A stretch of DNA of 63,081 nt, filler included, from Ministeria vibrans ATCC 50519 (GCA_943704425.1; 9 parts of 9 records of this genome joined end to end with filler, not necessarily neighbours in it), one strand, 5' to 3'; shown: positions 1 to 13,342, counted from the first letter of the whole stretch. The notes: generated from the letters alone by a model not told the origin. Numbers and translations are program-made.

Positions 1-10
1 AGAGTGTGTT

Positions 11-1080
11 TCAACTGGCAAGGGTGATTGAATGAGAATCAAACCTGGAAGAGAGAGAGAATTGTTTGCGAATGGCTCCTTTGGCTCTGGCCCACACTTT
101 GATTGTGTTTGCTGCACCGTAGAGAGTGGATCCGTCTCGGGACAGTGCGACTGAGTAAACATCACTATTGGAATCCAATACACAAAGTGAGACACTCATT
201 CAACTGCCTCTCTTCCAACTCACCTTGAGTGGTTAAACGTCTGTTCGCACTGTCCCGTTTGCACATTCCACACTTTCACAGTCTCGTCCTTTGAGCCACT
301 GATGACGTATCTCCCGTCAAAGGAAAACACTGCTGAACGGACCCAGCTGCAAAAGAGGGACAATGAGGAGACAAAAACACAGACTGAGTAGTGGTTGAGT
401 GTCTTACTCTGTGTATCCAGTGAGCGTCTTAAGACACTCTCCAGTTGCAACAGACCATATTTTGATGGTCATGTCACATGATCCGCTGAGCACCATTTGG
501 CCATCAAATGAGAATGAGACACACAGTACGAAACTGAGACAGACAAAACAAACAAGAGATCAAAAGACGCACCTTTCATTTGGTCTTACTCTGAATGTTC
601 CTTAAAAGTGATTTCACACTTTCCCGTTTGACTGTCGCACAGATTCATTGTTTTGTCGTATGATCCGCTCAGTATTTTCGTTCCATCGGGTGAAAATCTC
701 ACTGATCGGACCAATCTGAAATGCCAAACGAAAGGAATCAGATGAACCAACAACTCATAATCACTCTTACCTTGTGTGTTCCTTCAGAATAAGCAGACAC
801 CCTCCCGATCGACTGTCCCACACTCGAACTGATTTGTCTTCACTCCCACTGACCACTTTGAGTCCATTGGGTGAGAAATCAACAGACAAGACACCCCTAC
901 ACAAATGGAAATGCGCCACATTTGACACGTATTGGGATATCACTCGCCTCTTACCCTGTGTGGTCAGTAAGAGTAAGAGTGCACGTTCCACTGTGCAATT
1001 CCCACACTTTGACTGTCTTGTCATATGATCCAGTCACCACTCTCAGTCCATCGGGTGACACTTTGACACAACAGATACGA
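11..1080 (-). CDS. WD40-repeat protein (partial), one repeat per exon
   Basis: GT-AG exons 955-1080, 771-896, 590-715 and 408-533 (126 nt each), 224-346 (123 nt) and one ending at 164. Each encodes an xSVxFSxDGxxxxSGSxDxTVKVW-type repeat. The 5' end is unclear (gap, degenerate sequence). Confidence 0.85.
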
Positions 1081-2380
1081 CTATTGGAAGACACGAACAT
1101 CAATACAAATTAGCATAATTGTGATGGTAAATCACAGCTATAGAGGACTCTTCGTTTGTAGAATCCACGAGAGTAAGAGAACAGAACAGCCAACATTCGN
1201 NNNNNNNNNNNNNNNNNNNNNNNNNNNNNNNNNNNNNNNNNNNNNNNNNNNNNNNNNNNNNNNNNNNNNNNNNNNNNNNNNNNNNNNNNNNNNNNNNNNN
1301 NNNNNNNNNNNNNNNNNNNNNNNNNNNNNNNNNNNNNNNNNNNNNNNNNNNNNNNNNNNNNNNNNNNNNNNNNNNNNNNNNNNNNNNNNNNNNNNNNNNN
1401 NNNNNNNNNNNNNNNNNNNNNNNNNNNNNNNNNNNNNNNNNNNNNNNNNNNNNNNNNNNNNNNNNNNNNNNNNNNNNNNNNNNNCAGTCATGAGTGATCC
1501 CCAGTGCACTCAACTGAAAGCAGGACATCCGTTCTTCAGATCAATTAGACAATCCGAAAAGTCGAGTTTTGTCGGTCGAAGTTTGAACTTCTTTTTTTTT
1601 CTTCACCATCTCGTCCCATTCGCCATCATTTTACATCAATAACCCATGCAGCGTCTCATGTAGGCGTCACACAGTCCACGTTTTGAAGAGTATTCTCACC
1701 GTAAGTCCCAAACGCGTTTTTTTTCCTCTCTCCTCACCTGTTGATGTAGCACGAATTTTCCTCAAAGTACTAAAGTAATGTCTGTCCCGAGTCCAGATAC
1801 GCAGTTTCAAGCAATATAGAAGGAAAATAAATGAAATTATGAATAATATTGAACTTGAAATTCATCCTTAATCCCACTTTCTTTCATCCCTCCCTTACTC
1901 ACGGTGTTGGTCTACTCACGAGCAATGGAGTGAGTGCGTGAGTTAGTAATTAAGTGAGTGATCAAGTAACACTCCTCATAATGAATTTCTCCTTAGTCCT
2001 TAATGTTAGTGAGTGACTCTGTGAGTCTCTCAGGTACTATTTACACTCTTTCTGTCACACATTGTCTCGCTGTCTCTTTCTGTCTATTTGATCTTCCACG
2101 TATGCTTGTCTTTGATTCACTGTGTGTGTCCCTTTCTCTATTACTTAATTACCACTACTATTCGTGTTTCAACTAAAGAGTGTAGTGCAAAATTTGTATC
2201 TTAAACAATAGATTAGCATATTGAGAAAAATTATTGAAAATTGACAATACGACTGAAGAAAAATGTCTAACTAGACTTATAATCTCCTGGAGAGAATAAA
2301 AATAAGACAAATATGTCCCTTTTTGGTTTGAAACAATTAAAATATTTTAATTTTCTGATGCCAGATATTTCCTTCTTCTC

Positions 2381-4748
2381 TCAAACATTCTCCTTCTGCG
2401 CCACATACTCCTTGAGAGCACTCTTAACTTCCTTCTGTGCCTTCTTAGATAGCTTTTTAAGCAGCGCCGGCTCCTTCAGGAACTGTTCAAGCATCTGAGT
2501 GCGTCCCTGCGCGAGTGCCGTCTGCGATTGGCCCTGTGCCTCCGTGCTGCTCAGTTTGTGGCAAAATGCGTCTGATTGCTCGACTTTATGAGCTTCGCCC
2601 ATTTTGATTGTTCTCATCCTACGGCAAATCAAAACGGGAAACAAGTTAACATCGACACTGTCTGATGTTTTGTTTCTGTTCTTTCTTATTGTGTACTCTT
2701 CAAAGTCGGCACGAGCACTCTCGGGCAAGTAGAAGATGCGATCAGCAGCAAGCAGCATTTCCAAAAAAACGCCATTGAGCTCCTCCTGTGACCAGAAGGG
2801 CTGTTTGGCGGAGAGTAGGCCGCAGGAGGAGAAGAGGGATGAGGAGGGACCATCATGCTTGGCAGCGTCGCCCTGCCACTGCTCCTCGTCGCTCATGACG
2901 GTGGGCGCAATGCACGCTGCCACGTTGACGGCGTCCATCTTGTTTGATTCATGGTTAGCCGTGACGGTTGACAAGAAGCGCACGAGGTAACGCAGCAGTC
3001 GCTTGTGTGTGGTTGGCAGTAGAAACACAATGAACTGTAGTGAGCGGGTCAGCGTTCCGCACTCACGAAGATCCTTTCGTTGCTCTACAAAAATGGCAAG
3101 GGTTAGCATATATTGAAGAAATAAAAAGTGAATGTAGTACCAGCAGCGCGTTGGAGGGCGTGGTGGAGACGGAAGGTGAGAAGGGGCTCAGGAAGAGCAC
3201 GTAAAAACTGCTTGAGGGTGGTCATGGCGTCGTGGACGGTGAGTGCCTCCATGTTGTTGGACTGGCGCCAGAAGGGATCACTGAGCTGTCCGCCTGTGAT
3301 AGGCGTGTGCGTGTGACATGTCTTGTTCAGTAGCTCTCGCAGTTCTTTGCTTCGTGACAAGTTTCCAACCTGTGTGTTTAGTGTTAGTTATGTTTGTTTG
3401 TTTTAGATTGTTGTTGTTGTTGTTGTTGTTACCCTTCGCACTACGCCCTCTGTCTTGAGTCCCGTACACACATACTCCACAAGAGTCTCCACTGCGACGG
3501 GCACTCCAAAAGCATTCATAGGGACCTGCGCGAGTGGCACGCCAAAGGACGCACCCAGATTGCTGTGCCCCGACGGTTTCCTGCCGACACGCGTCAGTGC
3601 GCGGCTCAGACCTCCGCTTGTTTTTGGTTTCTGTGTAGACATCAAGTGTGAGTATATGTGTTGATAAAGGGGTTTTAAAAACGCAATAATTATACAAAAC
3701 GTGAGTGTTTTTGTATGTGTGCACCGCGAATGACATGAAAAGCGATTGGTTAATAAAAAAAACACACCATCAAACAACAGAGTGAATATTAAAAACAAGA
3801 TGAAATTTGTTGTGTCAATTTTTGAGTTCATCGCGAAATGAAACGAACGACTAATATTGAGCCTAGTTTCTATTCATGCTTGCATCGGTAGCGTTTAGTT
3901 ATGTATAAATAGCGACATAGAGATGTGGCATATGGCTTGGAATGTGTGTGAGCGTTCGAAACGACGAGCAAAGGAATAAACAAAAGAGAATATTGCAACG
4001 TTTTCCTTCCATCGTTGCTTAGATAACGTTCAAAACAATCAATATAAGATTGATATTGTTGCAGGGCTTGAAACGAGCCTGGAATATGAGGAAAAAAGAA
4101 AGAAAATTGCAAAATGGATTTGTTTTTGCCAATGTCGGCAGACTAGGGACGTTTTTCGCAGCCATTTTGAGACAATGGTATTTAATAAATGTAAATAATA
4201 CGCATGCCATTGGTGTGTGTCTTGAAATGCGCCTGTAGATTTGGAATCTCGACACAAAAAACAATTCAACGACGTTTTGCCAAAATGCCAACAGGTTAAG
4301 ACCGTTTGTCGCGCCTACTTGGCAACGATGGTATTTGACATACTTGAGTTGATCGTGTGAAGCGTGTGGAATGCTGGCATATGACCATTTAAAGGGTTTT
4401 TGTGAACTTCGTCGTCACGACAAACTTTGCAAAAAAAAAAAAAAAAAACTTTGCGCGAACTCAGTTTACACAACAATAAACAGCGACTGCCACTCAAAAA
4501 AAAAACTTTGCGCGAAATTTGCGGTTTACGTTCGGAGTGTTCAGCTTAACAAGCGATATAGAAGAGTAAAAAGGTACCTCTGTGGTGGATGTGGCGGTGT
4601 GTGCGAGGGGAGGGATGTTGTATTCGAGGTCGAGGATGAGGTTGAGTTTGGTGATGGCATAGTCCTCCTGCATTTGCAGCAGCTGCTGCTGGAAGTGCGG
4701 ATCCGTTGCTACTTCTTCTTTGGTGGTGGTTTTTGCGATGGAAGTCAT
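2381..4748 (-). CDS. RhoGAP, ARHGAP19-like (spliced)
   Basis: FGVPL...EGVVR, LKQFLRALPEPLLT and NKMDAVNVAACIAP motifs. The putative first exon (4577-4748, TKLNLILDL) resembles the ARHGAP19 N-terminus. A long first intron is inferred. Confidence 0.8.
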
Positions 4749-5005
4749 TGTGAAAGGAAAATTGTGTATATTTATTTATTATTATTTAGTTGCTCTGATA
4801 TTTTAATTTTTATTCGACGTCGCACTCGCTCAGTCAGTCACTGACATTTATCATTGAAAACAGACACGAGCCCTACGCATAATTTACATAAATAGGAGAT
4901 TAAGAAGGATGTCAAATCTGAAGAAAAGCAGCCGCCTGTAAGGCAGGAAGTACGCGTGTGTCCTCGGACGAAGATTGCTATGAGGGTATCAATTTTGTGC
5001 ATCTT

Positions 5006-7880
5006 TTATTTTAACAATCCTCCAACCACTTCCGAGTGCCTCTTAAACGACGTCACGTCCGCCAACTCATCCAATTCCTACAAACAGAATTAATATTAGT
5101 ATAATTTTAAAGAAGGAAAGGAAACCCCTCATAGGGGGTGTTACTTTGTCAATCATGTTGAGCGTGGCATTCTCCCGACGTCCCGCTCGTGGTGCCTCTA
5201 CGTCCTCGCCAGCTGCATCTCCACCTCCGCGCACCAGTAGGAGACCCCGAAACTGTTCCACGCGTCGCTTTAAATGACGCACTTTGGCTCGCGCATTTTT
5301 CAGCTCCTCATCACTCTTCAGCTCGGCAATCCGGCGCTCCTCAGTCTCACTTGCCAATTGCCGCTCCAATTTTTCCTTATCTTTGCTCAGTCGCTGTGCT
5401 TGTGCCTTCCATCGCTTTTTGGCAGTCTCCATGTGCGTCCGCTCCTCGCTACTCCGCTCGAGCACTCCTTCCCGTTCCCTCAGCATCGCTTCCAACCTGA
5501 CACTGTCGCCACGGTGCCCTTCCAGCACTTCCACCTGTCGCTTCAACTCCTCCACTTGCGTTTCAACCATTCCACTCCGCGTGCGCTCCTCTCGCTCACG
5601 CTGCATTGCTCCTTCCCACTCTGCCTTCAGTCGCTCCACTTCCCTTCGCAGCGCACACTCCCTCTCCCGTCCTTCCCTCAATTCGCCTTCCACCACCCGC
5701 AACTCTCCGCGCACTCGTTCGCTCTCCTCTCGCTCCCGCCTCTCCCTCTCCCGCTCCCGCTCCCTTCGCTCACTCTCGCTCTGCCGTTCACTCTCTCGTT
5801 CCCGTTCCATCCGCACCATTTCTCGCCGCAGCTCTTCCTTCTCTGTACGCTCCTTCTCGCGCTTCACACTCTCGCGCTCCTCCCACTCATTTTCCTTCTC
5901 GCTCATTCCCATCTATAACAAAAAAAAAAAAAAGTTGAGAGACAGAGATATAAATGCAGTAATCTCGGGTAGAGCGTCACTTGATCTGACCTCCACTTCG
6001 AGTGCCTGTCGAGCCAGTTCGTCCTTTTCACGTCGCAGCAGTTCCAATTCCGCAATGAGACTCAGTCGCTCTCGTTCAAACTCACTCTTTTGCTCGATCC
6101 GTTGCGATTTGTGGCGCTCTTCTGCGATTTCACTTAGATGGCTCATTTCCGACTAAGTAAAGAAAATAAAAATTATTAAAAATTTTGAATTTGTGGTGAG
6201 AACACAAACAATATAAAAAGAAAAAGTTACGAGTTTGCTTTCGGTTGAAATGAGGGTTGTTTCGGTCTTGCGAAGAGACTCGAGGAGTTTCTCTTGTTCG
6301 CCTGTGCTCTTGTCGACCTAATGTGTAGTCAACAAAATTTTAATAAGTGCGTTTGGATTGAATTAGAGTGTTGTGTGTTCATATAGAGCTCCAATGAGTC
6401 TTGGAATTTGTTTTCCACTTCTTTCCGAATCATTCTCTCCAAATTACCATCCTTCCAATAATACCCACCAACACAATCATGTATAAACAGACACTAACCT
6501 GATCTCTCATCCGCTTCACCGTCTCTTTGGTCCTCTTGCGCTCACTTTCCATTTCATCGCTGATCTTTTGTGCCTCTTCCATTGCACGTTTGTGTGCTCG
6601 CTCTGCCTTGTCCGCTCTCTCCTCAGCGCTACTCAATCGGCTGGACATTTCCTGTAAAAATAGCATAAACCATACAAATTAAGATGATATTCTTAAAAAT
6701 AACAATCACTTTTACCTTGAGCTCTTTCATAAGAGTGTCCTCCCTAAGCGCACACTCGGCGACACGCGACTCGGCAGTGCGCAAAGCGGCTTCCAATTGA
6801 GGTCCACCCTGACTAATGGCAACGAGGCGCATGCGCAGTGCCTCTGCCTCACTGCGCGCCACTGCCTGCTCTTGTGCACGCTCCTGTGCCCATCCTGTGC
6901 GCTCTTCTTGATGCGACGCGACTGTGTGTTCGTGTGTAGATTTTAGAAGCTTAATACCAAGAGAAAAACAGAAGACAGAGGTTGTGTGTAAGGGAATATT
7001 CATAGATGATGCGATAGATAATATTTTATAGATTATCAATGATTTTTATGATGATGAACAAAAACAATAATAATAATAATAACAATAATTATTATAATAA
7101 TATTGATTCCAACTCACCTCATATTCGTGTCGCACCGTCCGGTAGGCCGCACTGACCTCGTCCAGTTCCCTATTTAGAATCTCTAGCTGCTCGTGATGCG
7201 GTCCTGTCAATTGAGCAACCAGATCGGCTCGCAATCGCTCCAAATCCGTTCCTTCAACTTGATCGACAAGCGCTGAAATTTTTTGAAAAATCAAACCCCA
7301 AAAAATCAATAAATCACCCTTCAAAAGCTATTTGTCACATCACACACACTTTCATACAAACAACACATATCGTATAGAACCATTACAAAACGAGTCGTAA
7401 AAGGCCAATGCTTTTTTCGCTCATTTTCAAATACTTATTATCATGTTTCACGGAAAGAAAAACTTCTTACCGTCAATGGCGGAACTTCTCTCGGCCAGCT
7501 CCAGTTGCAAGCGGTGCATGGTTGCCTCGTGAGCACTTTGAATGTCACGCAGCTCTTTCCGCGCCTCCTTGGCCTCTTGGCGGTCGCGTTCAGCGTCCAC
7601 TCGCAATTGTTCGTGCGCGCTTTTCAAAGTCGCAAATTGCGATCGTCGCTGCGAGATTTCTTCGCGTAACTGGCCTAGCATGGCCATAGCTTGGGAGAGG
7701 TCGCCCTGGAGTTGGGTGTTCTGCGACAGTAAAGTTGCTTGTGACATACGGAATAGAGAAAATGAATTAATGAAGTGAATATAATTAATATTAATGAAAT
7801 TCATTGAACAATTGTACTGATGGTTTTATATATACACACACACACAGTTTACTAAGGAGGTCAAAGCCCAAAGGTCGCAT
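5006..7880 (-). CDS. CEP83: Coiled-coil centriole distal appendage protein, CEP83/CCDC41-like (multi-exon; start uncertain)
   Basis: Spliced coiled-coil ORF. LERLRADLVAQLTGPHHEQLEILNRELDEVSAAYRTVRHEYELLKSTHEH and KSEFERER resemble CEP83 segments. Confidence 0.6.
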
Positions 7881-8104
7881 TGACGCATTGCTATTTGTTT
7901 ATGCAATTGTGAATTGTGTGGTGTGACGGTGTCACTGTGGTCGTGCCTTGTGGACCCTAGTTGACGACTGAAAAGAAAGTGACTAAGTATTCTGAGAAAA
8001 AAAAAAAAAGTTTTATTATCAGAGTTACAAAAAAAAAGAAGAAAAAAAATCCATCCCCCTTACGCCTATTGAGGGAAGAACGTAAAGGAGACAAAAAAAA
8101 AGAA

Positions 8105-8178
8105 TGATTCCGGTGGGGCTCGAACCCACGGCCTTCGCGGTGTGAGCACGACGATCTAACCAACTGATCCACGGAATC
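8105..8178 (-). tRNA. tRNA-Val(CAC), intronless
   Basis: Reverse complement folds: acceptor GATTCCG/CGGAATC+A, D stem GATC/GATC, anticodon stem TCGTG/CGCGA with loop CT-CAC-AC, T loop TTCGAGC, followed by a poly-T terminator. Confidence 0.95.
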
Positions 8179-8840
8179 CTTTCTGTTGAATTCTAAAACG
8201 AGGAAAATGTGTACTTTAAACATATTTTGTAGAGTGCATTTCAAATTCTCTCTGATACGTCCCGAAAGCATACTTAATGTCTTATTGTCGTGCAAGAATC
8301 TGTTTACTTTGTATAATATTATGCGATCGTTTGTTTTCTTTGCTATCGAAAACTAAAAAATAAAATTATTAATTTGGCGAATCTTCAATTGTATCAGTTG
8401 CGTCGACAACCATCAATGATTACACTTTGCTTGAGTCGTGAGAGACGGTGAGACCCTAGGAATAATAGGATTTGATCAGGATTTGATCGTCGCCTGTGCG
8501 ACTCAAACGACCTTTCGCTTCTTTTCAGACAATGTGTTCTTTCTGTGCGTGTATGTGACATGAGTGTATGACTGTATTGTGTAGGGTGATGTGTGTGCAC
8601 TGTGCCTCTATCCCATTCGATGATAACATTCATTTATTTTTGTAATTATTATTGTATTTATCATAATAANNNNNNNNNNNNNNNNNNNNNNNNNNNNNNN
8701 NNNNNNNNNNNNNNNNNNNNNNNNNNNNNNNNNNNNNNNNNNNNNNNNNNNNNNNNNNNNNNNNNNNNNNTCATATAATAATGTAATGAATAAATGGGTT
8801 GTATTCTTCTTCTTCTAATAATTATTATTATTTTATTGTG

Positions 8841-9755
8841 TTACATGAGACGAAAGTGCCTGGTAATGGCATCAATGTCTTGTTCGAGAGCCGGCCCAAG
8901 GGCGACGACCGTCTTGCTTCCCGCTGCAATCTGGGTGCGGCCAGCATCGTGTACGACGTGGCACAGAATGCCTTGAAAGGGAGAAAGGACAAAAGAGACA
9001 GTGAGAGAGAGAGAGAGCGAAGGGTGAGAAGAATGGAACACTTTCAAAGAGTATACGAACAACAATGTTCAAACGCGATATGAAAGAAGGAGTGAATAAA
9101 AAGAATGATGGACAAAAGAGAATAGAATGAAGACATAATAATATAACATTTCCAAAAAATAACTAAAGCAAAATGCATTTCAAATGCATTTGAAATACAG
9201 AAATAACCAATTAAAAAGAAACCCCAAACACAAGTCAAAAGATAATCCAAATCGCAAAGTAAATAGACGCACAAATCTCTCTGTGTCTCTCTGTCAGTCG
9301 CGCTCTCTCACTCCTTACCTGCCTCCCTGGCCTGCCGCTCGACTTCAGTCAGGTCGTCGCCATTGCGGCCCTTGACGACGATCTTGGTCTGGCCGTGCAT
9401 GGAGTAGGCGCGAAAGAGGCGCGGGTGCTTGGCAATGAGAGTGCGCGTAGCCGCCACACACGTATGGCCCACCTGAGCCGCAATCTTCCCCTTTCCCATT
9501 TGCAGACTCGTGTCTACCACAAAGACCATTTTGTAGTTGCCGGCCGCCGGAGTGGGCTAGCGATAGGAAGAGAGAGAGAGAGAGAGAGTGTGTGTGTGTG
9601 TGACAATCTGAACAAATGCCATTCTTGCTTACCTCGTCTGAATCGATAGCGTTACGCTGCGGCTCGCTGCCACGTCTTAACCCATTCCAAAGGTAGCCGA
9701 GAACAAAGCCACCGGCCATGGCGAGGGAAACAGCGACGACATTTGTCGAGTCCAT
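8841..9755 (-). CDS. PTRH2: Peptidyl-tRNA hydrolase 2 (PTH2/Bit1) with N-terminal membrane anchor
   Basis: KMVFVVDTSLQMGKGKIAAQVGH, GQTKIVVK and DAGRTQIAAGSKTVVALGP motifs across three exons. Confidence 0.93.
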
Positions 9756-10205
9756 TTGTGAAAGATGAATAAAAAGTGATGCAATGAGTTGCAGTCAAGC
9801 GAGTGCGAATGAGATCAGCCGCCACTGCCACAGACCCACAGTAGACGTTCATACCCGGCTTACTAAACAGAAATTATTCATGGGTACAGTCACAGGATCA
9901 GAATACAGATGACACTTACTCATGCTATATATCAAAACTCGTGACTTGAGTTCAGATATGAACTCAGGTCTCACAGTGAAGTCTGTTCGATGCTTGAACG
10001 ACTGATCCAATCGACGAGGCACTCACAAACATCTCGCAAACGGCCAAACGCTAGTGATTGCAGTGAATCACTGGAGTGTACAGACACAGTACAGATAATG
10101 CAACCGAATACAATGCTCAATTATATCTCATTCTCAAAAGTCAAATTATTGACAAAATTCAAATAATTCTCTCCTGTTTGTTTTCGCTACGCATCTCCTC
10201 AAAAG

Positions 10206-10682
10206 ATGGCTTCCGGTACGCCCGATACGCACGAGAAGCGACCCCACTGACTCTGCGCCCTCCTTTTGATCTGTCATCCCGTCCTTCGTCCCCTCCCCCG
10301 TGTCCCGTGCCCCCTGCCGCCCCCACGCATGTAAGCCGCCCACCCGCACAGCCATCCTCATCACACCACTAACACGCACCCCTTCTCTCCCTCCCCGCTG
10401 GCTGTGCAGAGCGGACTATAAAGAAGTTGCTCCTGAGGCTGGTAAAAAAAAAAAAAAGACTCGTCTTGTGATCCTCTCTCTCTGTCTCTCTCCTCTCTCC
10501 TCTCTCTGTGTGTGTCTGTCTCGGATTACTCACTTTCTCTTTCTTTCTCTGTCTCTCTCTCCTCTGTTCGTGGTCTTCCGTCTCGGTCTCGGTCCACTTC
10601 ATTGCGTCTCCAGGAGAATACAGCGAATTTGAACGTAACGCACACTCCCATAGTTGTCTCTTCTCTTCTCTTCTCGTCTCAC

Positions 10683-10760
<78 letters not shown>

Positions 10761-12647
10761 TTCTTTCTTAGCCGAAGAAGAAGCGACAGTGCCCACAGGC
10801 CCTCCCACCAGATTACCGCCTCCCCCCGGCATGGGCGGTGCGCGGCAGGCGCCCAAGCGCACTCCGTCGATTGGACTGCCTACGTCTGCTACACTCGACT
10901 CAGAATATTCCGAGACCGAGTCGCTTGTCATCAACAACGGCTTCAAACTCATCTATGGCAACCCCAACATCTCCCAAACGACCGACTTGGTCGCTGCACG
11001 CGCCCCCAAACCTCCCTCCGTGGGTCCGCCCAAGCGTCTACACTCCGGACCCAACTCGGGTGCAGTAACACCCGCGTCGGGCGCACGGACGCCTAACGAG
11101 GAGGGTGACGACGGCCCAGGCTTCGACCCCTCTATGTAAGTCTATTGTTATGATTTGATGATCCAGAGCAGGAAATCAATTCGAATCCCAACCGTTCCAG
11201 TCGCAAAGAACTCATGTCAAATTTTTTTCTTCGTGGTATTGCCACCAAATTTTGAAACGCGAACGGGGCGAATTGAGTTGTGTTCAAAGCTTACAGTCGC
11301 CAACAAACACACACAATTCATAGCATTTGTCCGTCCTTTTTTCTTGTCCGTCTTGCGCTACATGACAATCATATAAAACAACGAGTGTTCACATTTAAGT
11401 TTTTTATGTGGAGCTGGCTTGTTTACTATTGAGAGTGGTGTTCGTTTTCAAATTGCGTTGCATACAATTATGTTATTTTGACAACTTTGCGCAAACGTTT
11501 CAGATGAATGAAAGTACTTCAACTGTACGATTGTCAATTTGTAACGTGTGAAGCGTGTGGTGGTTTACGGCAAAAGTTTATTGTATTGTTTTGTGTAATG
11601 TGTGGTGGTTTACGGCAAAAGTTTATTGTATTGTTTTGTGTAATGTTTTGATCTTTTTTTTTTTTTTTTGCTGTTTCTTATTATTCTTTTTTGCAGGTTA
11701 CTCTCGAAATTCTCCAAACTGGACATGGACGCACCGAGTGCCAGCGCACCCGACCTTCCCATGAACCAACAGTCTCTCATTCACAAAGTACCGCATCATT
11801 TTTGAAACCATGTTCACTCACTCACACACACACACACTATTCTATCAAAATGTTTCATTCTCACACTGTACTGAACGCATTATTTAGTACAAGTCACCGC
11901 CACAGGCGCATTCGCCCGTCGTGTCGCCTCCCTCGACACCTTCCATCCCGCTACGACAACCGCCCCGACCCCCCATTGACCACGGCACCTCCCGCGTACC
12001 CGTCCACGACCCTACCGCCCGTCTCCCGGGCCTCCAGGGCGGTCAGTCCTCCGCCATTGTCAGTACGCTCAAAGTTTCCGGCGAAGCGCCCGCTCCGCCT
12101 CCCATGAAACATCGCGGGGTTAGTTGCGCTACTTACTCAAGTATGCCTTTTGCACTTTCGTTAACTTTCTGTTTGCTTTTAGATGGGTGGAAGCAGTAGC
12201 GATAGTATCAGAACTCGTATTTCGGTATGCAATACCACCTTTTTTTTTGCGTTTTCAACTCTCTTGACCTTTGTGGTATCTCTGCTGTTTTGTAGCCTCA
12301 GGCGAGCTCCGACTCGCTCATGACCGCACGTGCGCCTGCCTCCTCCGATCAAATTCAGAGACGCTCCGTACGATCAAATTTTACATTCCAACACACAAGT
12401 ATCACTCACGCACGGTTTTTCACCTTATACAGTCTGGTCCTGCGTCGAGTGGGCGCACCCTCGTCGCCAACTACGCCTCCATGACGGCCGAACAGCGCAA
12501 GACAGCCGCCGAAAAGGCTCCCTGGTACTACAAAGACCTCTCCCGCATTGCCTCCGAGAAGATTCTTGGCACACAGCCACTCGGGTCCTTCCTTGTACGC
12601 GAGAGCTCAACCCAGGCTGGGCAAAAGGTATTCCACAAACTCGCTCC
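10206..12647 (+). CDS. Proline-rich adaptor with C-terminal SH2 domain (3'-truncated at contig end)
   Basis: Exons with Tyr motifs (DYKEV, EYSEF, EYSET) and a Pro-rich middle, then PWYYKDLSRIASEKILGTQPLGSFLVRESST (SH2 FLVRES signature). The first exon boundaries are tentative. Confidence 0.75.
10687..10754. repeat. (CT)n microsatellite, representative of many (16069-16152, 19068-19250, 23672-23772, 48187-48292, 57913-58020; (GT)n 31971-32058; (CAA)n 39864-39969; (ATT)n 59480-59570)
   Basis: Directly visible; most lie in introns or at contig breaks. Confidence 0.95.
11555..11644. repeat. Perfect 45-bp tandem duplication in an intron
   Basis: gtgtggtggtttacggcaaaagtttattgtattgttttgtgtaat present twice. 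Confidence 0.9.
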
Positions 12648-12691
12648 NNNNNNNNNNNNNNNNNNNNNNNNNNNNNNNNNNNNNNNNNNNN

Positions 12692-12703
12692 TTAATTAAT
12701 TAA
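12692..12703. other. Artificial contig linker TTAATTAATTAA (also 18906, 27732, 35387, 48337, 50449, 59616, 61223)
   Basis: The same 12-mer with stops in all six frames is flanked by 44 N on each side, eight times. Confidence 0.97.
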
Positions 12704-12747
12704 NNNNNNNNNNNNNNNNNNNNNNNNNNNNNNNNNNNNNNNNNNNN

Positions 12748-13342
12748 ACTCGTTGAAATGCGCTGGTACGGACTGCGCTTCAGTCGCTTGACATGTTATT
12801 CATATTCACTCTGTCGTTACAGCGCCGCTGACTTTGCGACTGTCTGCGCCAACCTGGAGCAGGCCGTTGTCGAGAACCAGTTTGGCGTCCTTGGCAAGGT
12901 CGATCTCAAGGCGACATTGATTTCTAAGGTGAGAAAGACCGTTTCGTTGCGATTGTGCGACTCAGCGCGTTCTGACCACACAACTCTCTCGCACAGGGCG
13001 TGCCCTTCGAGAAGGACCTTGTCGTCTACCAGGTCTGTAACCCTAAGAAGGTGCGTGTGTGTGTGCGTGTGTGTGTGTGTGGGACACGAATCAATGCGTT
13101 TGTGTCGTCCTTAGGCGGATGCTTTGCTCGCCCAAACCATGACGGTCAGTTCACTGTTGCCCTGCCGCGTGTCGGTGTACCGCGAAGACGACCAAGTTGT
13201 GGTGTCGTTCGTTGACCCCGCCACCATGTTCTCCCTGGATTTCTTCAAGGGACAAGGGCTCGAGGGAACGGCCAAGGAGGTCTCCGACACAATGCGTCAG
13301 ATTGCCACGGACACCATGAACAAGTCGGCAGCATCTCAATAA
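12748..13342 (+). CDS. DUF302-family protein, intron-containing; its start codon lies at the other end of the contig (18742)
   Basis: FATVCANLEQAVVENQFGVLGKVDLKATL, VCNP and LLPCRVSVY motifs; GT-AG introns. Confidence 0.85.

Noticed and set aside
12648-12747. Recurring TTAATTAATTAA palindrome as a biological motif
   Set aside because: It always sits in the middle of a fixed 100-nt N spacer, so it is a concatenation linker. No synteny or gene-cluster claims are made across linkers.
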